DNA from: Paragordius varius
Taxonomy: Eukaryota; Animalia; Nematomorpha
Assembly: GCA_964247055.1 (NCBI GenBank)
Contig: OZ176058.1
Coordinates: forward strand, 682,001-746,000
Reading direction: 5' to 3'
Length of the DNA stretch: 64,000 nucleotides
In this document: in pieces, positions 39,411 to 51,717 of the stretch
Numbering within the stretch: the first letter of the stretch is position 1
Layout of the letters: each line of letters opens with the position of its first letter
Notes under the pieces: generated by a model
What the model was told of the DNA's origin: nothing
Seen by the model: only the letters and a program-made list of their open reading frames with translations
Database searches by the model: none
Position numbers and translations under genes: made by a program

Positions 39411-40787
39411 ATAAAAAATGACATGAGTATAACGGTTTGATTTTGACATTTTTTTAAAGCAAGAGGGTGTATGGAGGTAACCTCACGCTTTTTTATATAA
39501 TATAGTATGGAATATAAATAAAATAAGAGCGCTAGAACCTTTGTAGAATATTCGGGTAAAGCAAAATTTTTAGTTTTACATATTTGATATCGAATTTTTT
39601 ATTTAGTAAAAATATATATTATGCGAACATAAAATACATAAAGACAAATAATATTTTGTAAAAGACAACCCCACCATACTTTGTTAACTTCAATTTCCCT
39701 TATACACACACATATATATATATATATATTATTTACAATTCAATTTCACCCTTGAATTCAAATTCACCCTCGAACAATTTAAACTCACCCTCAAATAAAA
39801 TATATGTTTTTTAAGATTATACCAATATTTTTATATATTTTTAAGAATATAAAAATTTAAAAATTACTAAAAATATAATAAACTATACCAAAAGCATATA
39901 TTACAGATTAATAATGAGTTATATTAGTTCGAAAAGACACATAATTTATTTTTAGGATGAATTTGAATTGTTCAAGGGTGAATTTGAACACTAAATGGTA
40001 TATATCATAACTACTATTGTAAAATATATAATTTAGTTTGTTTGTTACTAATAAACATATATCTGTTTCATACTTTACAATTTTTTACAACAATTTTTTA
40101 AACAGAAAGTTAGCGATTAAAAATGTATGGTTGTCATTAATACGAAATTATTTGTCTATTACAGTAAAAATTGGAATTATACGGTCAAAACGTAAAAATA
40201 TAAAGACAAATATTTTTTTCGAAAAGACAACTATACTTTTTTAAACCTTAATCTTTCTATAAGCTACTTAGATACGATTGCAATACATAAAATTGATTGT
40301 TTTAGTAATATATATATGTCTATTTCACACTTTGCCATTCAAAACAATGAGTTATATTGAAATATATCATGAATTTAAAACTATGGTTGTCTAAAAAATA
40401 TTTGTCTTTTATTAAAAAATATGTCTTTGTCCGTATAATTTTGGCTTTTACTGTATATGCTTTTAGGTTTTGTCCATAAAAATTTAATTTTTACTGTATA
40501 TAAATATTATAGTAATAAGAATAAGGATTCAAAAAACAATTTAGATTATGCAAAAAAATTTAATATCTTAAATCAAATTATTAAGACGTTTAATAACATC
40601 AAGTACACAAACTAAAAGAAATTGATTGAAGAAAAATAAAGATAAATTCAATCAATGTCTTAAAAAATTTATAATAAAAATAATATAATAATTTAAAAAT
40701 TTTTTTAATCAAGAGAGATTGTATATCCTTTGGAAAAATCAGCCATCTATATTATAGGAAAGACATTTTAAAAATAATTTTTAAAAA

Positions 40788-40826
40788 ATGCGGCCCGCGG
40801 AAGTCATTTGGCGGACAACCCTGATT
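40788..40826. mobile_element. hAT (Charlie/Spin-like) terminal fragment
   Basis: TGCGGCCCGCGG...GGACAACCCTG resembles CAGGGGTGTCC...GCGGCCC hAT ends. Similar ends at about 37880-37905, 41700-41715, 48765-48776, 61148-61158 and 61934-61946. Confidence 0.4.
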
Positions 40827-43800
40827 TAGATTATATTTTTTAATAATCATGCAATCAATCACTTTAGTTCTTAACCTTTAAAAATCGTAAAAGTCAAAAT
40901 ATAAGGGCCTAAAATAATACGAACTTTTAATTATAATTAATATGAAAAAATTCGAAACCTTTTATAGATTAAACATATTATTTATGTAACCTTAGACTAG
41001 ACAAATTTATATGTTAGATTTGAATATATTTTTTACAATGACCATCTAGTATTTGAATTAAACTATTGTATCACTTTTGCATATAACGGCTTAAACCTGG
41101 TAAATATTAATATTTACCAGTTTACAGTATAAGCACAAAAAGTATATAAACATCGCAAATTTTATATACTTTAGTTTTATTTGAAATTTTTCTTAATGAA
41201 TCTTATTGTTATGGTTTGTCAATTCACCACACCTTTAAAAATATATTGGGGGCCTACAGAGTTGTCAAACACAAATGGCCTAGGGGTAACTCTGAAATAA
41301 AAACGGCTTTGAGATTTAATATATGGGCATTAATAATTATTTTATTAGAATTCATACATAAGACTGATGAAAACACAATATAACTTATTCAGGTTGATAT
41401 GATGTAATATCAGCAAAATTAATAATAAATTTGTTAATGAATTTTCGTTAGATTCATCTAACTTCTTCAGATCTAATTTTAATTTAACGAAAATTCAGTT
41501 ATAAATTCATTATTAATTTTGCTGATATTACAACATATCATTAAAATACATATAACCTTTTATCAACGTTGCTAATCGAATAGGTTTATTTTAAAAAAAA
41601 TTGTTTAAGAAATATCAATTTTACTAAGATTTGTAATCATGTTTTTGCAAAAATGGATTTCCAATATTGCGACCCGTATAAAGAGCTTCGTATGCCTGCA
41701 TATTGAACACCCTTGGTCTATAACATTAAAAACTTAATTAATTAATTTAAAAAAGATATAAAATTTTTATTAATTTGGAAGACACTTATTTTTAGAAAAT
41801 TTATATACTAATATAAACTATTGTATTAAAGTGTATTCGCACAGAGTATATATGAATTTTTTCATTTCTAAGATTTGTTGAATCCATAGCATTAAAAAAA
41901 TAAGTTGCCACCTATTAATTGGATTGATTGTGTACTTAAATCTAGCCTGAGGTATTTTAGTACATAGCTATCTTGAAAATACCCGTTATATACTATGTAA
42001 AAAATATTTTACTGAATTAATGTTTCCAGTCTTTTAAAATAGTAAATACCAGATATTTTAAAGACAAAAACTTGTTTATTCAATCGACTTTTTATAATAA
42101 ATACTTTATGAAGTAAATACAAGGTAGTAAATACTATGCAAATATATTTTATTCAAATGAAACTAATTAAATATCTCCTAGTTTTAACATATACTAGGTT
42201 TTATTCAACTGACACATTATATACAATAATTTCAAATTTAAATTCTATATTTAATTTTGTATCCAAGACGTAAGACTCAAACAAAACTTAATTCAACCGT
42301 CAATGTTTTCTCTGATGCCTTGATAATAATTGACAAGATTATTTGGTAATAATTGTTACCTATTAAATAATAATCTTAATTTGACTCACATTACATCAAA
42401 TAAAATTTTTTAGTAAAGCTGAAGGCTTTATTCAAAAGAAATATCAATACTATGTACTATACCCTGAGATCAAAATCGGGGTATAGAAAAATAACACCTG
42501 ATAAAATATATATCAGGATTATCATGGTACTTTTAGTTTTAGTCCCCTACGTGTGATTTTAAAAATTTATTTACACTTTTGTGGCAAATATATCAGAAAA
42601 TGGTATCAATTGTTCACACTTCTAAATAAAATTTATTGGGTGATGCTCTTAAAGTCATATTTCAAATATTAATTCAAAAAGTTATAAACTACATATAAAA
42701 AGCAAAATTTTTAGAAAAATTATATTTTTTTTATGTTAAGCTTTAAAAGTCCAAAATTATATCGCGCTTCTATAAAGTCATGCATCCTTTATTTTATCAA
42801 AAAGGTATTTTTTTCCTTCAATGGGCATAAATATTTGTTAAAGAATGGAAAAAACAAGAGCTCTATGGTATTAAAAATATATATTTATAAAAAAGTACAA
42901 GAATTACCATAAAGCTTTTGTTTTTCCCTTTTTTAACAAATATTTATACCCATTGCACGAAAGAAAATAAATTTTTGATAAAATAAAGGATACATGACTG
43001 TAAAAACACTAAACAACAAATTTTGACTTTTTTAAACTGACTGCCATTCTTATGTAATTTAAAATTTATTTCATTGAACCCCATAAATAGTATATCATCA
43101 GAAAAGGAGATTGGTCTAACACCTAAGAATTTTATTTTATTAGGGTTTCCGATTTAACATTATACTCGAAATTTTTAAAATTAAAAGTTTTAGATATAAA
43201 GCCATGCATTATATATAACATTCGAAAGAGCGCAAAAAACTGTATCTTTCAAATGGTAGTTAATCATTCAAAACAATCTGATGTAAAAATTATTTGGGTT
43301 TATATGATCAAATTTTTTAATCCTTATAAGTCAAAATTTCTCACAGACAAATTAATTTAAAAATCATATAAATTATTTAACACAATTATTGGTTATATTA
43401 AAAAAAAATTTAAAAAATCTTGAAAAAGCTTTTGGTTTGCTTTTTAAATAAAAATTATTATTGTTAAAATTTTTCTACATAGTGGATACTAAAATGCATA
43501 GTTATATAAGTATAAATTAACATAATGGTTATAAAAGATCATGAATACCTCAAACCTATATTGTTAGTTTTTAATATTTTTTGAAATTATAAGCTTTCTA
43601 CTAAAGAAAATTAATTTTTATTTATGAGTTGATTATTTTTTTTAAACCATAAAATAAAAAATGGCTGTTTTGAATGACATAAAAGCAATAATTAAGTTTT
43701 TTAAATATTTTATTTTTTTAAACAAAAATTGGTGGAAAACGAGTTCTAGCTGATGAATTATTTACATGCGATATGCAAAAAATTCATTGTATACTGATTT

Positions 43801-44846
43801 ACAGTATAAATATGTGCATATGTATCAAATAGCTATGGAATATTTGTCATTATAAAGTTCAAGGTCTTTGGAAAAAAACAAATATTTTATTTGGCGCCCG
43901 TGAAATTTTTTCAGTGAGGGTACCATTAATTTAGATTATAGGTATAAAAATTAAATATCACTAATCAAGGACGTACAATAGCAATCAGTATACAGACAAC
44001 CTAAATAAGAAATTGATTGAAGAAAAAGTATAAAGATATTTTACCCAAACAAAAAATTTAAATTTCGGTCAACATCTTAAAGAAATAATAATAATAATAA
44101 TAATTATGAAACATTTAATCAAAAATTATTTGGGTATATAGTTGTGTAATAATGGGTATAACCAGCCATCTATATTATAAGAAAGACATTTAAAGAATAA
44201 TTTTTGAAACCATTACAAAGTTAAATAACCAATCTCATGACAAAAATTAAGTCAATTAATGCATATTTTCTAATTATTTTTAACATAATTTTGTTAAAAT
44301 ATATATTTTTAAATGATAGTCCAGATAATTAAAAAACACTACAAGATATATACATATTATTTTATACATCATGATAGCAGTTTTAATAAAAAGATTTGCT
44401 CGTTTTAAAATAAGTGAAATAATATAATTTTCCCCCCTAGAAATCTACTAAAAGTTGCAAATAAAATACAAATGTATTTACTATTTTCTTATATGTATAA
44501 TCAGCATCCTCGTATATACAAAAAGGTTTTAATAACATTTATAAAGTCTTTTATACAGCTGCTAATATACCTCAATCAAACATAAATAAGCACTTTAAAA
44601 CCAAATTTTCGCTAAATGTAGATTTTTTAATAAGGATATCCTTTTGTCAAAAATATTATCTTGATATCTCATCTAGAATATATTAGCTGTTTTAGCGGAA
44701 TTTCAGAATTTTTGCGACCTAAGCCAAAAATCTGCGACATTCGGAGCACACACATATGTTAATCAAAATTATATAAAGTTATTTTTTTTGCTCCCCATAC
44801 GAAAGGACCATATACATCTATCAAAATATTATGTTGTCGGAATATA

Positions 44847-45151
44847 TACCATTTACAATTCAATATCACCCTTAAACAATTCAAATTCACCTTCGAACAA
44901 TTCAAATTCACCCTCAAAAAAATATAATTTTTAGGATTAAAAAATACCTATACTTTATATATGATTCAAAAATTAAATTTATGTTTTAAATTAAAATAAT
45001 ATTTAAAAAATAATAAACTATAACATAAACATATGTTTCATATTAATAATTAGTTGTATTAGTTCGAAAACACATAATTTAATTTTAAGGTGAATTTGAA
45101 TTGTTCGAGGGTGAATTTGAATTGTTCAAGGGTGAATAACTGTAAGTGGTA
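44847..45151. mobile_element. MITE family B, intact copy
   Basis: TACCATTTACAATTC ... CTGTAAGTGGTA termini. Confidence 0.85.
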
Positions 45152-45779
45152 TATTTAAAAATATTATGTGCCTATGAATACTTTTAATAAAATGCCAAAA
45201 AAAACTCAATCGAAATTTTTTTATCATTCGCTCACTTACTGTATTATTTTTAATACAAACAGTAAACGCTTAAATAACATTTTTATTTAACTCGGGCGTT
45301 TTCTCTAAGTTTACAAAAAAGCGTGCAGTGGAAAAAGGAATAATTATAAGATTTATACAACCATTTTTGAAAAAAAACACTTGCTGAACACACAGTGTTC
45401 ACAAAAAATATCCTTATGAAATTATGGATATGGTGAGATAAAAATTTTTTTAATGCAATTTTTTTGCTTTCACGTGTAATTCAAGTCAGGCAAAAAAACT
45501 TGAATCGGAGGTGATAAAAAATCATGTGTGATCAAGCTTAAAGATTTTACAAGTGTAAAATTATTTATATAAAATTAAAATATTATATAAATTTGACAAC
45601 CTTTGTTGATGTTACAATCAACAACTTTTTATGTGATATTTTATAGCTAATTACACTGCGTCGTCTAAATCGCGGGGGGGGGGGGGGGGGGTATAAAAAA
45701 ATAACTTATAATGTATTATGTTACATGATGGGGAGAAATGAATCAGGATTTTTATGTTGCTTTTGATTTTGGGCCTTAA

Positions 45780-46335
45780 CACTTCGATTTAAATTGGGGT
45801 ATCTAAATACCCCAGACTATATTTAAGTTAGGATTTTTAAAAAACTACCCAAGGAAACGGTCCCAATTTAAATTTATGCTTTTATCCTAATAAAAATTAT
45901 AGAAATATGCCAAACATCTAAATAAAATTTGGTTCGAGAAAAAAGTAACATGTCAAACTAATTCCATGCCATTTTTATTTTACAACATTTTTGCAAAATT
46001 TCGTGTTTATTTGATTTTAAAGCTAAAATAAAAGCTTATTTTTTGAGATCACACCTAACATTAATAGAAACAGAAAAAATAGTTTATTTTGTAACATTTT
46101 GCACACATGTCACGTTTCTCAAATTTTTACCTGGAGGTTTTAGCTTAAAATAAGTAATATCAATATTTTTGAATAAATTTTATATTTTTCGGTTTATGAA
46201 TGTTATATAGGTGCAAAATGCTATGGTTTCGATTCTCTCAATATTTTTTGAATTATTTAATTTTAAACAGGCCTGGGCTATCCAATTACTCCAATTTGAA
46301 TTGAAGGACTGAAATAAATGTGTTGCATCCAACTG
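45780..46335. mobile_element. TTAA-flanked piggyBac-like MITE, copy 2 (opposite orientation)
   Basis: TTAA|CACTTCGAT ... ATCCAACTG|TTAA; aligns end-to-end as the reverse complement of 38304-38874. Confidence 0.75.
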
Positions 46336-49300
46336 TTAAGAGAGAAATTTATCAACAATTTTGTGGCGGAAAGTGGTTCATATCATAAAATGGCAAAATT
46401 TGCGCACATGTGAATTAATATTTTTTGGTTTTCAGTAAAAATATTACAAAAATATATTATATAAACTACATATAAAAAGTAAAAAAAAAGATCAAAAAAT
46501 TAAAATTTTTCTGTTGTGGGCTCTCCGACTAGTCCTTTTAATTTAAACACGAAAAAAATGCCTGGATTGCGCAAATAAAATTTTAAATATATGCTAATTT
46601 TCAAATCAATTAAATTTTTTTTAAAAATATACATATTTTTTTCAAAAAAAATTTAGCGAAATTTTGTTGAAGCATACATCATACTATTTTGTGCCATGAT
46701 GGAAACGGTTAAAAACGCTTTAAGATATCATAAAGGCACTTTTTCTATATAATCTAATGATGCTAAAAACATTTCTATCCCCTAGAATTTTGATTAATAC
46801 ATTTTTTGGTCTTCTAAATTATGTAAATAATAAATTATTGTGTTTTTTACTGAAATTCACTATATAAATTAAAATTCTAAAGCGATTGTTCAAGACATCC
46901 AATCATATAAAAAAGTGTTTTATAATAATATAAACTGTATTTTTACCGGTTCCATCAAGACCCGTATCAGTATAAAGTACGCTTCAACAAACTCTGAAAA
47001 ATTATTGTAATGGTAGATGACGGATTGATTATGTTTTGTAATAACAGTTGTAAAATCCAAAATATAATGATGATCCAAAATTAAATAGAAAATTAATAGA
47101 ATAAAATTATTAACAATATGTGAAACCCTTTCGTCAATAATAATCGTAGACTAGTAGGGTTTCACATATCGTTTATAATTTCTGTTAATAATTATCTTTC
47201 TATTAATTTACTATTTATTTTCGATTATCATTATATTACGGATTTTACAACTGTTATTTGAAAAATTATATTTCCAGAAAAAGTATGCATTTTTAAATCA
47301 TTATTGCTGAAATAAAAATTTAGTATATATTATTTATCAGAATATATTTCATCAGTTTAATTTTTTGTGTACATTGTGTAATGCGCTTAAAAGGCTAAAG
47401 ACTGTACATTTTTAAATTCAGTTTAATATGAAATTCTAAATAAAAATCTCACTGGAAAAACTACCCAAAATAGAGTGTTTTTGAACCGTTTTCATCATTA
47501 ATCAAATTAGTGTGAATTACGCTTTAAAATATTAAATTTTTCGAAAAAATTTCATTTTTCGAAAAATATATTAATATTCGAAATTTAGTATAGATTTAAA
47601 ATTTATTCGCGAAATATCGGCATTTTTGTGTATATTTACGAGATCTAACCCAGGGTTCAACACAAAAACCTTTGTTGGCTGCATTTTTAGCTAATAATAA
47701 ATAACGACAAGCTAAATTCCTTATATATATATGGGCATTAATGAATAGTTAAATAGATTTCAAACTTAAGATTTTTATATAAAACGGAATGTGACAATTT
47801 TCTCGTTGTTGCTATTTCGATAGATTTATATATAAAAAAACTTTTACGGGAAGAATAATTATATCAAGATTTTGGAACATGTTTTTCACAAATTTTGATC
47901 CAAACGTTTTGCGGGCCCCACACTGAAGGTCTCAGATGATATCACCTTTTATATTTAAAGTTTCTTTGAAATTAAATTTTTAACTTTTTATATGTAGTTT
48001 ATGAATGATGTATTCCAATGATGTTTTTTGGGATGAAGCATTAGCTTTCACCAAAAACATTTTATTGCACAAATGCGCAAATTTTGAAATTTTCTGCTAT
48101 TAGTTGCTATTAAAATTGTGCATTTGACTGCTTTTTCAAAAATGTCCGGTCAAATCCAGATGACCATTTTTACTTTAATAAATATCATGCGATATTGGAT
48201 GAAAATAATGTTCGAACTACACTTGCGTTTTATTATATATTCTTAAAAGTTTGTATCATCCTTTTATTGATATTTATTAATTACAAATATTTTCAATCAA
48301 ATATAATCAATTTTTTTTTCAAATAAATCTTGCCACATGTTTGTGGCCTTTTGAATCCTGAAATACATAGATTTTAATCCTGGATAATTAAAAAGTTTTA
48401 TCTAGCTAGTTTATACTTTCTTTCATCATTGAAATATATAATTTTAAAATGTATTTTCAATTTATTGGCTCACACTTATGGAATATTTGCATATTTTGCA
48501 AAGTAATTGATTGTTTTGTTTTTCGAAATAAGCTTAAATGGTAATGTTATAAGGATGAATGTTATAACAATTTATTGTTAAACATGCATTAAATATTATA
48601 TTTATAATAAAAAATATATTAAAAAACAATAAAATCTTACTATCTTTCCAAAAATATTTACCACCAATTTTTCAACAATAGCTGTTTTTTATGATTATGG
48701 TCATAAAATAAATAGTCACTGACCAAGTTTGACCCGCTCCTATTACTGGGTCATGACTTGATCAGCACAACCCTAGTTGCTCAAAGTATGTGTACTCATT
48801 TCACTCATAATCTAGATGCAATTTTAAATCAGAATAATTTATTTACTCGGGATATTGCATGTACATCGCAAAATTTTGCAGTGTAAATAGTTTTTTTTGG
48901 GATTTAAACGGCTTAATTGTAAATGTTTTTACTGCACATTCTTGCTATATTTCTGCCGCCTTCTAATAAATTACAACATGATTTGGGAATTAAATAAATA
49001 TTGCTAAAATTACATACTGCTCTAAACGCCTATCAGGGATAATAACCTAAAAAAACGCTAAAATGCCTTAAGCTTTAATGGTTATTGAAAGCTTATATTC
49101 ATAAATAGTAAAATTTTTGAAATTTTAGAAAATGAGTTAATTGATAAACGTATAATAGATGGCATTTATTATCAATTATTTATTTCATAAATTTTAACAA
49201 ATTTTTTTGTATTTTATAATACTTAAATTATAATCGCCTTAAAGCTACATAAAAAAATTTTTTATATTTATTATTATATTAAAAAAATAATATTAAATAC

Positions 49301-49451
49301 CGAATGCGTAACTTTTTATTGCGCAAAACCGCATGCTTTTTTCAATCAGTTGGAAGGGTTTTGACCTTTGAGTAAATTAATTTTTAACTTTTAGATTTTT
49401 AACTAGAAATTAAAAAATAAAAAAAATTTAATTTTGGAAACGAAATTATCC

Positions 49452-51490
49452 ATGAATTCAAATTCTAGTCAGGATGAGGAAAAGAAAATTGAAAAAATTC
49501 GTGCCTTAATAACTCCTTATGATGACTTCCCTAAACCCGGTGTTCTTTTTAGGTATATATGTATTTATAATATCCAATCTAATTATTTTACAAATAATTA
49601 GCAAAACTCAAAAATTAATAAATATATATATTTTCTAAAAGACAGCCATACTTTTGAAGATCTTAATTAAATCTATCTAAAATTCACAATTATTACAAAT
49701 TAAATATATGTTTTTCAATTTATATTCTTGCTTATTAGCTGCAACTTAAAACTTTAAAAATCCGACATCATTTAACAAAAGTTATCCAAATTAAGTTATT
49801 TAATATTTAATTTTTGTTTTCAAATTGGGCGTTAAAATATGCGCATGCGCCTTATAATAAAAGATCGTCTGCTGTAATTTTTAAATTTTTTTTTATTTTT
49901 ATACAAATATTTATATTTTAATCTAAAATTATTCAATTTTTTAATTATATATTTTTTATTTTTATTTTTTTTAATTTTATATTTTAGGTAATTTATTTCT
50001 TCCATATTTATTTTTTATTTATATATCGTGATTATATAAAATCTTTTTTTTTCTATTTTTTTTGAGGAAATATTAAACGTATTAAATATAATTAATTTAG
50101 TTAATAATAAAATAAATATTTTTTTGGAAATATTAAAAATTAATAGATATAATTAATTAATTTATATAAATAATAAAAAATTATTTTTTATAAAATAATA
50201 AATATAATATTTATGTAAATAATAAAAAATTATTATTTTTGAAGGAATATGAAAAAAATGTGAATAATAAAAAAATAATTAAAAATTATTTTTGGAGGAA
50301 ATTTAAAAACTAATAATATAATTAATTAATTTATGTAAATAATAAAATTATTAATTAATTATGTAAATATTAAAAAATAATAAACATAATTAATAAATTT
50401 ATGTAAATAATAAAAAAATTATTTTTTTGTGGAAATATTAAAAAATTATAATTTTTAAATTTATTTTTATTTTTTTTTTCATTTTTTTCTCTTTAAATAA
50501 ATAAGGATTTAATTAACAATATTTAATGTTAAATATTATATAATCAGTTATAATGATATAATATTAAAAATTTTAATAAAATCAAGATATAATAAAATAA
50601 TATTAAAAAATTTAATAAAATATTTATAATATTTCAAATATTAAATCTAATTATTTAAATTAAAAAATTAAATATTTTTTGGAGATATTTTTCCAGTATT
50701 CCTGAATCCTGATGCTCTTCTTGACATAATGAAATAATTTTTTTTAAATAATTTCAAAATATATTTTTTCAGTATTCTTCAACCCTGATGCCCAAATAAT
50801 TTTATTAAATAATTTTACAATTATAATATTTTATATAATATATTGTTTTTATAAAATTTAATAAAATTATTAAAAATTTAATAAAATACTTTTAATTTTT
50901 TAAAAATTTATTTTCAATTTAGAAATATATTTCCTGTATTTCTGAATCCTGATGCCCTTCATGACATGATTGAAATAATTTTATATATCTTTTTTAAACA
51001 TTTGGTTTTTATTAATTTGATAGATTTTTATAATTTTTCGGAATAAATTAATTATATATATATATATAATTACATTTTTTTGTATTTATCAAAAATTTAA
51101 TAAAAATATAAAAAATATTAATAAATATTTAATTTTTTAAATTTTTTTATTTTTTATTTTAGAGATATATTTCCAGTATTTCTAAATCCTGATGTCCTTC
51201 ATGACATGATAGAAATAATTTTCGATTAAAATTAATATTTAAGGAATGTATTTTTTTTATTTTTGGAATAAATTCATTTAATATATAATTTTTTAAACTT
51301 TATAAATATATTAATTAATTTATAAGTTTTTTATAAAAATTTATGAAACTTTAATAAAATATATATTTTTTTTTTAATTTAATAAAATTTAAATATATTA
51401 GAAATATATTTCCAGTATTCCTAAATCCTGATGCCCTTCATGACATGATTATTTATTCAAACTCATATTATTTTACAATTTTTCGAATAA

Positions 51491-51527
<37 letters not shown>

Positions 51528-51683
51528 ATTAAATAAATTAATAAAATTTAATAATTTTTTTAAAAATTTAATAAAATTTAAATATTTTTTAGAGATATAT
51601 TTCTGGTATTCCTAAATCCTGAAGCCCTTCATGATATGATTGAAATAATTTTATTAAATAATTTCAAAAATAATTAAATATAA

Positions 51684-51717
<34 letters not shown>

